Positions 9,823 through 21,229 of a stretch of DNA of 64,000 nucleotides are shown here, piece after piece. This DNA comes from Azolla caroliniana (lineage: Eukaryota > Plantae > Polypodiophyta): contig JBHGNT010000003.1 in the NCBI GenBank assembly GCA_043228905.1, positions 24,056,001 through 24,120,000 of the forward strand, written 5' to 3'. The number at the start of each line of letters is the position of its first letter. Position 1 is the first letter of the stretch. Position numbers and translations under genes: made by a program. The notes beneath the pieces are model-generated. The model did no database searches. It was not told the DNA's origin and worked only from the letters and a program-made list of their open reading frames with translations.

Positions 9823-12653
9823 ATGGCCAGTCCCACAACTCTGCTGCCCACGCTTGCAGTCATGGCTGCTTCTCTGCATCTAATTCTCATACCATCTTAC
9901 AGTGCCATGATTCCAGAGAAATTATTAATGCCTGATCGCAACACCACCATAGCCAACGCACAGAATACGGGCCTTCAGATCCTTCTTAGTCAGGATGGGT
10001 CCTTCGCATGGCAATTCGTACCATATAAAAACAACACACAACGACTTCTCGTCATCCTCAGTACCCTCTTCAACACAACGGTCGTTTGGATTGCCAACAG
10101 AGACCATCCTGTCTCGCCAAACGCAGCCCTAAACCTCATTTACCCTAACAAGCAGATCATACTCGAAGACCACACCTCAATTAGCACCAACATCAATGGA
10201 AGCTCTGCCAATAATTCTATTAATGCTAATTCCTCTACCACTGTAGTTTGGTCTTCTCCTCCAGGAATATATAGGGTCCTGATGAATAGCACGGGGAATC
10301 TTGTGATGCAAGATAGCAGGAACTCAACCCTCTGGCAGAGCTACGATTACCCTACAGATGTTATGCTCACGGGACAGAGCCTTACGCCTGACCACACTGT
10401 CACTGCGCGCCTCTCATTAGAGGATGTTTCTACAGGGCATTATGCCCTCAGGGAAGAGCCTGGTGGCCCTGTGTTCTATGCAACCTTCGATCAACAACAG
10501 ACCAGTATACCCTATGCAGTCGTCACTTATGCAGAAGGCGTTGCCGGAAACCTCAGTGGAGCTTTACACTCTGCTTGCAATCGCACTGTGGTGATCTATA
10601 ACGCAGATGGATCCGGGGTGACTCTGGATCAAGAAGACTCTGCGATTACTCCCGAGTGTCTAGCACAATCTGGTGGGTACACAATTCACGGCCTCAGTTT
10701 TAGCACCCGTTTGGGGGGTTCGGGCTTCAGATATCTGCGTCTCATGCCCACGGGTGACATAAACACTTTTCTCCTCTCTGATAAAGGCCTCCAACTCGAC
10801 AATGAACTTTTCAAGGGATTCTTCAGCACTTACTGCAAGTTGCCCTCCTACTGCAGTGTAAACAGCCTTTGTAGCTCTGTCCAAACTTGCAGCTGTCCAG
10901 ATCTCTTCACCCAAGTCGACTCATCAGATCCTCGACAGGGATGTCGCCTCATCACTCCGCTCAATTGCAGCATAGCTATGGAACATCAATTTCTCCAGGT
11001 GCCAGGGGTGGAGTACTTTGCCAATACATACATGGACTCTCACATAGTGAACAACGCAACCGAATGCACTAATTTATGTTTGCCCAATTGCTCTTGCACA
11101 GCCGCCTTCTACGACAACACCAACCAGGCTTGCCATCTCTATGACCAAGTGCAGACCATGCAATCCGGTGGTAACCCCAGTGTCACCGCATACCTCAGGG
11201 TCGCACACTTACCTGCTACGAGTGTTCCTAATGGTAATGGAATCTCCAAGAATCCTGCTACCAGTGTTCCAAATGGTAATGGAATCTCCAAGAATGTTAT
11301 CATCGGTCTAAGTGTTGGACTAGGTGTAACTTTGGTCACTGGCCTTGCCATTCTCGGAGTGTTCATTGGTCAGAGACTAGCAAGGAAGGCGGTAGAGTAC
11401 CCTGATTCAGAAGAAGAGGCTTTCCTGGACAGCTTACCCGGCTTGCTTCCTAGATACTCTTACAAGGACCTAGAATCTGCCACAGAGGGATTCAGCAAGA
11501 AGCTATTCATAGGGGATTTTGGTACAGTATACGAAGGTCTCATCCAACGACATCAGAATGATAGCACCAACATGAACATGCGTAATATGAACACTAGCAG
11601 TGCAATAAAAGTGGCAGTGAAACGATTAAGGGTAAGCCCACTTAGTCCGTATATTATATATATTTACCATACCGTCTGCCTTCCTTCCGCATTCCATCTG
11701 ATTCATTGGCCATACTCATGTTTAATGTGATCTAAATCCAGTTGATGGCCAAATGCCTTAAACTAATTACACTCTGTTTAATGTGATTAATCAAGTTATC
11801 CGAAGGAACAACCAGAGCCTCATTTACGAAGGAGCAATATAGAGCAGAGGTAGCTGCTTTGGGCAGCTTGAATCATGTCAATCTTGTCCAGCTGAGGGGT
11901 TTCTGTGCAGAAGGAACTCATCGGCTTCTAGTATACGAGTACATGGAGAATGGTTGTCTTGACGGATGGATATTCCGGAATAACCCCCATACTACAGCGG
12001 AGAATAGAAATCCGTTGCCATGGGAGGTACGATACAGGATTGCTGTAGATGTGGCACGAGGACTCACCTTTCTGCATGAAGGAAGCAAACGCAAAGTCAT
12101 CCATTTGAATGTGACACCACGGAATGTATTGCTGGATGCCAAATTTAGGGCAAAGTTAGCAGATTTCCGGCTGAGCGAGCTTATCGTGAGAGTAGAAGGA
12201 GAGAAAGCGTATACCCTGAGTACGATCCGGGGCACGATCGGGTACATAGCTCCCGAGTTGGTCTTGGATTTGCCATTCACAGAAAAGAGTGATGTTTTTA
12301 GCTACGGAATGGTGCTCTTGGAGCTCTTGGGAGGCCGTAGGAACCTCGATCCCATGGTGGGTTGCGAGGATGGGCTCTGTTTTCAGGCATGGGCGGTGAA
12401 GCAAGCTAAGAATGGAGACATAACCTCTCTCATTGACAAGCACTTGCTGGATGAAGTGAAGGATTACCTCCATGCCATAGCCGCGGAGAGCATGAAGAGG
12501 CTCATCCATGTAGCATTCTGGTGCATTCAACAGAATCCATCATCCCGGCCATCGATGAGCACAATCTTGTGGATGCTAGAGCAGCATCTTCAGGTCCCTG
12601 ATCCTCCTTTGGAACTCACTTATGTTCAAGCTCGAGATTCTGCGTCCAACTAG
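9823..12653 (+). CDS. G-type lectin S-domain receptor-like kinase (SD2-like) with degenerate kinase motifs; exons 9823-11631 and 11796-12653
   Basis: Signal peptide, bulb lectin (VVWIANRDHPV, GNLVMQD..LWQSYDYPTDVML.GQ), EGF-like CKLPSYC..C, PAN CTNLCLPNCSCTAAF, TM helix, juxtamembrane EEAFLDSLPGLLPRYSYKDL, then a kinase domain. A phase-0 intron from GTAAG at 11632 to AG at 11795 joins VAVKRLR to LSEGTTRASFTKEQYRAEV. Confidence 0.9.
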
Positions 12654-12687
12654 TTAGTTGGGGCTTCGAGTTAGTTATTTGGAAATT

Positions 12688-12860
12688 TTAATGGAAGCTC
12701 CCAAGTATGATACTAGTGCTGCTACATAGCATTGGTGAAGAAGATATGTATACATGTATACTAGTTAATTTGAGTTGTTGATTTGGAATTAATGGAAGCT
12801 CCAAGTGTGATAGAAGTATGCTGCATATAGCATTAGTGAAGAAGATATGTATACACGTAT
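12688..12860. repeat. ~101 bp tandem duplication 3' of the receptor kinase
   Basis: 'ttaatggaagctcc..aagt.tgata...atagcatt.gtgaagaagatatgtataca' occurs twice. Confidence 0.7.
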
Positions 12861-13284
12861 GTGTATCAATATGGCCTCTCAAGAAATCCACCTAGAATTG
12901 TTACAAGTGGAGTTACTATGAAATTTGAAATATGTCTGGCATCACTCAAAATCCTTTGGAGCCATAAGTATTGGTCTTTGTGTTATACCTGTCTATCAAT
13001 CTCACCACAGAATCATTCTTTCAATAATAAGAAAGAAAACTTTGATCCAGGGAACTTGGCTTTGATGAGGGTTGTTTGGATGAACTATGCCGGTTAGAAA
13101 GCACAATTGAAACCAAATATTGCTTCGTACATTTGATGAATATATTGCAATCACAAAGACCATAGTTTATTGGGACAATGCAGCAAGTGTCATCCATACA
13201 TTTGACCAAGGCTCAAGATGTACCAAGATTTGACCAAACACAATGATGTAGATACACTTCATTAGAGGTTTTTTTATGTTGGAG

Positions 13285-13336
<52 letters not shown>

Positions 13337-13399
13337 CCATAATTTCCTTGCAAGATGTGGCTAAATTCCCCATCCAACTAAACTTTTAAAATTGTTGAT

Positions 13400-14480
13400 T
13401 TGTTATGCTATTACGAGCAATCAACTTACATGAGGAAGTAAATGAAGGACCTGTCCGTGGGCTTCTTCTACTATGCACAAGTAAACACTTCTCAAGTAGC
13501 CATTTTCCAAGAATAAGGTATCAAACCACTCGTACTACAATGTGAGATATCCTTTCAAGCCATACAAATATTTCTTTAGTAAGCAAAGTTGGTCTTCTTG
13601 ACCTTGAACTTCTTACGTAGTTTGTGTTTTTAGCGTCTCTAGTTTTATTGGAAGTATCATCTACCTCCCTCCATCTCTTTCTCATATGACAAAAAACATT
13701 AGGTCATTGGCATTGGTTGCACATGGTGCATCAAATGATATACATGCCATGTAGTTGTGTAATGATGGCACTGACTTTAGATAACAAGGGCCCTAGCCAC
13801 ATTAACATAGTCTCAACTCTCAACATAGACTTCCTTGATAAGGAAGTAGCTAGCCTTCTTATATGGGCAAAAATCCTAGACCCTAGTTTGTTCGGTCTTG
13901 ATTGTGTCATGTGAAGATGGTCAAGTGGTAACACAGTTAATGGTTATCTCACACCTTATGAATTGTAATATTCAATTCATATCCTCGTTCCCTTACAAAT
14001 TAACCCATACGTACTTATCACAAGATTAGTGAAAACTCTGGAACTATACCTAACTCATGATCAATTATGGCTATGCACATAACAATTGGCCTCCCACAAT
14101 GGATTGAGCCCACACGTATTTTGTGGCTCGAGTGTTGCCTAATAGAAGGGCACTAGATCCACAGAATCCATAGTTGTTGATTTGAATCCTACCAGATACA
14201 AACTTTGAGGTAATTCTTGCAAATAAAAACTGCATAAGAACTAATATCCAAAGAGAACATTGGCAAACATTACACAATCATGAGTAGGACGCAAAAGGAT
14301 AGGATCATTCCCTTTCTTAACAATAGCCTTAAAGTCAAATTCAAGGAGGTTCATAATCCATCACGACATTCTCCCAATTGAGTAAGTCTTTTTTACTAGA
14401 TATAACATTGCTCGATGATCTACGTTGAAAGAGAAGCGGTATGCTACTAGGAAGTGTCCAAATTTCTTAACATCATAAAT
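13400..14480 (-). mobile_element. Decayed Ty3/gypsy pol fragment (RNase H and integrase)
   Basis: The minus strand at ~14470-14330 reads FGHFLVAYRFSFNVDHRAMLYLVKKTYSIGRMS*WIMNLLEFDFK, a gypsy RNase H pattern. CNVCQ (integrase Zn finger) follows at 14277. Stops and frameshifts throughout. Confidence 0.65.
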
Positions 14481-14872
14481 CATGGTTGTTGTGGTCATTG
14501 ATTTCCTCAAATGTCCTTGAGTCAAATCAAGCTTACCATGCTTACATATGCAACATTGATGTTAGTTGCTAGTTAACAATTGTCGATCATACACATCTAG
14601 CAAATGGTAGATGTGACACATGTACGTTGACACACTTTGTGACTAATGAGTAATCACACTTAGTGGAATAATGTCAACAACATAAGATAAAGTAGACTCT
14701 ATATTGAGAAAAGACAAAGGTTCCTACACATTGTGATGACGCTAAGAGGTTACAACGGTTTATTAGGAACATAACTCTACCAATGACAATGCAAGAGGAG
14801 CACAAATCTACTCCTTTGATTAGTCGAATAAAAGGATTGATAGGGTTACTTGCTTGTTAACAAACCTCTAAA

Positions 14873-14874
<2 letters not shown>

Positions 14875-14947
<73 letters not shown>
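14875..14947. repeat. Compound (TG)n(AG)n microsatellite
   Basis: Seen directly. Other SSRs at ~13287-13332 (CT), 43909-43946 (CT), 48007-48089 (TC)(AC), 51078-51125 (TACACA), 51247-51306 (GA)(GT) and 51667-51703 (CT). Confidence 0.95.
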
Positions 14948-14948
<1 letters not shown>

Positions 14949-16721
14949 ATCAACATCAACAAACTTGAGAACAAGAGAATCAATTCTTCATGTTAGTCTT
15001 CTCCTATAAGGAAGTTTGCAAATGAAGAATCAAATATATTGACAACGCAATTCCAGCATGTGATTATTAAAGCTTGTCGACTACATCAGCGTCTATTTTG
15101 GATCTTTTTTAATGCTAATTACAAATAATAATAATAATAGCATTTTAATTTGATACTTGGTTCTTTATAGTTATAAACTTATAGGAGGCCAATCATAAAT
15201 TACATTAATTGTTACTTATGAACGTTACAACCCATTAGACATCCAACACAATGGCATGCCCGTAGACTACGATCTAAAACATGTTTGCCGAGTGGCAATA
15301 CATACTTAAAAGTTAACCTTAACCATATAGGAAACGTATCAAAGGGCCCCTTATTACGAGGTAGGAGGGACAAATTAATAAAGCAAAAATTCATTGTAAA
15401 ATTGTTTATGATCTAAGAAGTAGTTCTTGCGGTTATCTTGACTCTTTGGTACATAAACACTTATACTTTGAATTTTTTTCATCTAACCAAGTTCTTCTTC
15501 TTTGAATTGTTTCCATGTCATTGATCCCCTACAATAGAACCCAAATTGTTCTAGCCATGGACACATTGATCTAATGTACATTTGACTAACACAATCTAAA
15601 GATGGAATTGAGTTGTGGCATTGTTGGAACAACCTTCTATGGCTTCTCTATCAAAGCTATGTTTGCCTTCTTTATGCTCAAATTTCTTTCCATTTCTTTT
15701 CTTAGAGCATGTGACCAATAGTCAGTTGTCAAGTTGACCGACACGCCACCAAGTTGCTTGCTCTATGCCGTGTTGAATGAACCTTTCAGCAAGCCATCAA
15801 CCAAGCCATGATCATGTTGTGAAGCAAGTAATATGTACTTTAGATATTTATAGCTTTGGGCATAGAGTGATCCAAAAGCATCATTTCATGTGACAACTCC
15901 ATGAAAAGTTTCATTTTGATAGATATGGTTTGGCCATAGAACTATCTAAACATTGTCATTTATGCATGTTTGCATGAGCTAATGAAACGATTTTTTTACA
16001 TAGACCTATCTATGTTTTGTCTAATCATTCGACCATCCACTAATTGATGGACCAATGTCTTCTAGACCATTGTTCATTAAATAAATTATGATAAACCGTG
16101 AACCTATCTACAAACGATGATCCATATGCTCACAATAACGAGACAAAATAAAGAGCAACGTCAACAAGATGAAGCCAAGGGCCATGGTCCATTGACCTAA
16201 TGGGTGGGTATCCAAAGTGAGTCCAACAATGTAGATATCCATGAATTGACGGTTTTGTCTAAGGGTTTCATTGTTTCCGTAAGGTTTAAGTCTAATAGAC
16301 AAATTAAAAATTTTGAGATTAATAATGATGATTGCGAGGACAACGGGACCAAGGGTAGATATGTAAAATGCATTCATATATGTGATTGTTGTCCGCGAAT
16401 AATATATGACCCGATTGATTCCATAAGGTTATGAGCCTGCTCATGAAAGATTAGACCTATAAAACGATGGCATTGATGGTGACTTTGTGGCCGCCATGCT
16501 CTCTCACTCTTTGGGGATTAGGGTTGTGAACAAACATCATGCAACTTGGGGAATCCAAAGCTTGTCATGGAAAAAGCATGTTATGGTAGCTAGCTAGAAC
16601 TAGCTGTCACAAACAACTAGCTCATTTAGGCACTCCTGTAGAGTACTATTTATTATATATATGAGCCATCCATCCATCTAAGATATCTACTATCTTTATC
16701 TAACTAAAAGTGTCTGAAGAT

Positions 16722-19121
16722 ATGGAAATGGAAGAAGTGATGATGGACGCAGACAAAGAAGAAGAAGATCTTGATCTAAACGCGCATCCATCTCCTCTCG
16801 ACGGCCATCTCGCTCTTCATCTCGCCTTAGGGATTTCTGAGCAAGAAGATTTGGATCCTTCTTCTTCCTCTTCTTTCCCTGCTCAAGCTTCCCGCCAAAA
16901 CTTCCCACGCTTTGATCCAGGTATGTCAGCAATGAGCACACAGAGAGATGAAATTCCCGAGTTTATCCGGGGTTTTAACAGAGATCCATCAGAGATAACG
17001 ACAACTCCGAACTTGGGTGATGGTTCACTTGACAATTCACTTAGGGCATTGTCTAGATCTGATGATTCGAGTAGGTTTTCAGACCCATATGATGATTCAA
17101 CGAGGGCCTCATATGATGATTTTGGCCACACCAGAGCTTTGTCTGCTCTGCACGGTGCATCAGAAATTTCCGGTCTCATTGATTCTGGTGCCGAAATGAA
17201 AGAGGAAAATATGCACAATGGTGCTAGAAAGAGCATGGATTTTCATGATAATGAATCTAGAAAAGGCATCAGTTTGTATGATACTAATGCTAGAAAGAGA
17301 AATGATTTTCCTGACAACGATGCTAGAAAAGTTACTGATTCTACTCACTTGAGGGCTTTGCTCGAAAGTGAGATGTATCGGGATGACACTAGCCTTCATC
17401 GAATATCAGACCATAGACCATCAAATGACTATGTTCTAGGTAGATCATCAGGATCCTCGTTAATGAATGAACGGCGATTTTTTGGATCTTCCCAAATGAA
17501 TGATCGACCCAGATCTTCGCTAATGAATGGACGGAGATCATGGGGATCTTCCAGGCGATTATCTGAATCCTCCTTATTGAATGAAAGACAATCATCAGAA
17601 TCTTCCCTAGTGAATGAAAGGCGACCATTGGGATCTTCCCTAATGAACGTGAGGCGATCATCAGGGTCTTTGCTAATGAATGAAAGTCGGTCATTGGAAT
17701 CTTCCCTGATGAATGGAAGACACCCATCAGAAACCCCACTCCTAAATGAACGGCGATTATCAGGATCTTCTTTAATGAATGAACAGCGATCATTGGAATT
17801 TTCCTCCCTGATGAATGATTATCCTTTGGGAGAATGCACTAATCCTAAGGCTCTTCACCTTCGAAGTATGCCTACTACCAAAAGGGCTATTCAAAGTACA
17901 GATATGCCTATGGAATCTATGTCTCGCAGTACAGATGATGATGATGAAGCTTTGCTTTCCGAGAGGAATAGAAGATTTAATTGTAGTCCTTTGCATTGGC
18001 GAACGGCGAGAACAAGAGTATCTTCGGTCCTCGCAAGGGCTCAATCACAGCCTTCCCCATTGAATAGTGGCCTTAGAACACAATTGGATATTCAAAGGAT
18101 TTCAAGGACGTCCACAAATGAAGATTCAATGGCCTCTCAGTTAGATGTACAACCCTCTGATGGTTGCATTGGTGCCTTGGCAAACATCAGCAATAAAAAT
18201 AATGAGGATGTAAAAGACAATGTGAATGGGAATGTAGGAGTTGAATTTGAGTGCAATATTTGTCTCGAGATGGCCTTTGAACCAGTGGTGACATGTTGTG
18301 GACATCTCTTTTGTTGGCCATGTCTTCATGAATGGCTTCATGTGCACTCGATAACAAAGAAGTGTCCAGTTTGTAAAGGTTTACTTTCAGATGAGGCCAT
18401 AATTCCCATCTATGGTAGAGGGTCTTCCCCGGCTGGAGAATCTTTATTTCACAATCCGAATATTCCGCCTCGGCCCAGTGCGCGTCGGGTAAGCAAGAAA
18501 AGATTCCATTGGGAGGATGGAATACATAGTGAGTTGCCTGGATCAACCAATGCAACTATTGTAGAAAGCATTGATGAGTCATTGGATGAATCTAATAACA
18601 CTAATATAATTTTGGAAAGGCTAAGAGTTGCACAAACATTACAACAAGAGTATTTTGAGAGAAGATCGACAAGGTTAGCCCAAAGGCTAATGGCAAGAAG
18701 AACCCCTCGTATCGATAGTTCCAGAATTCCACAAACAAGGGAGCTACATCAAAGAGCTAGGCAAACTCTAGAAACGGCAGCAGATAATCTGGCAGCTATT
18801 CAAAATAGCATAGATGGTTTGAGGGCGAATATGCAAAGATTGGTTGAATTTGTGAGATCAGTACCTCGCCACAATAGTAACACTCCAATGAGAAACACAT
18901 CATCCAGTAATATAGTGCAAAATGTTCTAGATGAAGAAAGAATATTTCCACCTCAAGCTGATGTTCGTGAAGTTCCTCTTCGTGTGATTATACCAACAAT
19001 ATGTCCATTTGTTAATGTTGATGGGCAAAGGTCCTCAGAGTTGCATGAAAACAATGAAAATAGTGCTTCTAGCTCTTATGATGGGGAGACTGGTTTACAC
19101 AAGAGGTGTAGATTGAACTAG
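16722..19121 (+). CDS. C3HC4 RING-finger E3 ubiquitin ligase (RMA/RNF5/RNF185-like RING) with a long low-complexity N-terminus, intronless, ~799 aa
   Basis: FECNICLEMAFEPVVTCCGHLFCWPCLHEWLHVHSITKKCPVCKG at 18252-18380, then IIPIYGRG and IPPRP. First ATG is at 16722; the track's 16710 start is GTG. Confidence 0.88.
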   Translation: MEMEEVMMDADKEEEDLDLNAHPSPLDGHLALHLALGISEQEDLDPSSSSSFPAQASRQNFPRFDPGMSAMSTQRDEIPEFIRGFNRDPSEITTTPNLGDGSLDNSLRALSRSDDSSRFSDPYDDSTRASYDDFGHTRALSALHGASEISGLIDSGAEMKEENMHNGARKSMDFHDNESRKGISLYDTNARKRNDFPDNDARKVTDSTHLRALLESEMYRDDTSLHRISDHRPSNDYVLGRSSGSSLMNERRFFGSSQMNDRPRSSLMNGRRSWGSSRRLSESSLLNERQSSESSLVNERRPLGSSLMNVRRSSGSLLMNESRSLESSLMNGRHPSETPLLNERRLSGSSLMNEQRSLEFSSLMNDYPLGECTNPKALHLRSMPTTKRAIQSTDMPMESMSRSTDDDDEALLSERNRRFNCSPLHWRTARTRVSSVLARAQSQPSPLNSGLRTQLDIQRISRTSTNEDSMASQLDVQPSDGCIGALANISNKNNEDVKDNVNGNVGVEFECNICLEMAFEPVVTCCGHLFCWPCLHEWLHVHSITKKCPVCKGLLSDEAIIPIYGRGSSPAGESLFHNPNIPPRPSARRVSKKRFHWEDGIHSELPGSTNATIVESIDESLDESNNTNIILERLRVAQTLQQEYFERRSTRLAQRLMARRTPRIDSSRIPQTRELHQRARQTLETAADNLAAIQNSIDGLRANMQRLVEFVRSVPRHNSNTPMRNTSSSNIVQNVLDEERIFPPQADVREVPLRVIIPTICPFVNVDGQRSSELHENNENSASSSYDGETGLHKRCRLN
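17211..17820 (+). repeat. Two coding minisatellites (33 bp / 11 aa) inside the RING gene
   Basis: Four copies of xDNxARKxxDF at 17211-17342 and about 11-12 copies of SSLMNERRSSG-like units at ~17442-17820. Confidence 0.85.
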
Positions 19122-21229
19122 GTCAAAATCCAACATATATTACGACTATACAGTTGAATGGAACTTGTTTTATTTTCGTATCTGGTAAGGGAGGGAGGGA
19201 GGGAGTGGTGGCATGTGGGGGGGTTAACGGCACTTTGCCGGCTGAGCATTTGTTTGCTTCGAGATGATATTTCGTCTTCATATATTTTTGGTATTGAACA
19301 TAATGATACCAAACTTAAGTCGTTCACATTGAGTAGGACTCCTCACTAGTTGAGGAATGTAACATGAAAGCAGACAAAATAGCTCAAGAACTTTGAAGGA
19401 ATGGTTTTATATAATAGGAACTTGCAGGTCTTCATTTTGCTTGGTCTTTTTATGTAGTTAATAGAAGAAACTTAGATCTGTTATAATTGTGAGAAAATAT
19501 TACTCTATAATTCTTTATCCTGTGCATTATCAAGATTCATATGCAGACAATAACCCATATCTTTCATATTTCTGTTGCCCAGTGATGGGGCTCTGATCGC
19601 AACAATCCCAATAAGACAGCAATGAATTTGACACGTTCTTCATGTTTCTATCACTTTGTTGCGGGAAATGGGTGTGATGAAAACTTATAGCCACTTAAAT
19701 GCACAACATGAAATAAGTATTGATGCTTCTAACTACAGAATGATAGTATGTTGACGGACTACAGCTTAGTCTCCCAACAAGTTTATGAAAATAGACGACA
19801 CTGACAATCAAGTCAGCAGGTTTAAACATTTCAAATCAAAGTGAATTTTGCAAGCTATTAAGAAAAATAACCATAAATTTACACACAGACAAGCAGGGTT
19901 AATAGACCTCCAAATTGATGCATTGATTTATTCCACCATCACACTTATCCAAGTACACGCAAGTAACATTGATCCATTATGAGCGAAGCTAATAATGTGG
20001 TGAAATATGAGTCTTTACCTAGTCTACCAGTGTATGAACTTAGCAGATGATGTGGTTACGCATATGCTTATAGGAAGGGAGAGGCACACACAGTCTTATC
20101 TAGATACTGCAGAGAGACAAATGGATGTTAATATTATTAGAAGAAGAAGAGCTGAGACATGCTTCAGAAACCGCAGGAGAAGTTGAATTATAATCATGTA
20201 AATACATGCAACAATGAATGGAGTAGGAGCTCTCTTTTTTAATGTATCATATAAAAGATTGAGGTTATCTTGTACATTTATTTTCTTAACTTATGCTCAT
20301 CATTGTCATTTGTTAATGCCTTAGATGCGTTTTGTTGTGCTAGGTGATAGTGAATAAATTTAGTCTACCTGTATCAACAGCCAACATCCTCAACTTCAGT
20401 TTCAGCCAATTTACTTCTCGCATTTTTGCAATTCCACCAAAACCAAAATCCCCAAATATACACAAGGTTCCAAGTGCAGTAGTGCCCATATAGTGAGTTA
20501 AAATGCATGCAACCTACTATATCTTATCTAAGACCTTTGGTCAACATCAATAACTAAGATTCCTAAAATAGAATCACAAAGCTGTGAAATGTTAAGATTC
20601 CTAAAGCACCATCACAATTTAGTGGTTTTAGTTCACTATCTCCTTCATGCATTTAATTTGATCCAGTTAAATGGTTGCATTTTCAGTGACCGAGTTTTTA
20701 TGTGCAGTGTCCTCAAGAGACATACTAGTACCCCAATACAGGTAAAATCAAACTTGAGTACAAACCCCAGCTGGAACAAGGATTGTACCAACATAATCAG
20801 ATTCTAGATGGCTAAGTATAATTCCTAACACCGAGCATAGACAAATTAATTGACCAGGCTTAGATGAAATACTATTTTTTTCTTTACACGATTACATAAT
20901 AACTTGCATTTCATCTTCTGACTGTGACTTAGAGAAGTATTGGCAATGACTGTGTGAACATAACAATACATTTGACTTGTGTTCAATGTGTCTAATACAA
21001 GTAAAACTGAGGTTTTACAATTGATTGGTATACAGATCAAAATATCAATGTAATGCAATATTGTGTAGGCTTTTGGAAGTGACCTGAACATGTTGCTAAA
21101 GACCACGTCAAAGGATACATGGTAGACACCAAAAACACAGACACAAGATAGACTGATATATATAATATGGCTATACAGCTTGAAACCCCTGGCATAGAGC
21201 TTGAAAATTTTAATGCATTTATTTTTCTT

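Noticed and set aside
11632-11730. C-terminal tail VSPLSPYIIY... of the 635-aa ORF
   Set aside because: It is read-through into the intron that begins with GTAAG at 11632.
17442-17820. 33-bp periodic repeats as a CRISPR-like array
   Set aside because: There are no unique spacers and no cas genes; it is a coding minisatellite in a eukaryotic ORF.
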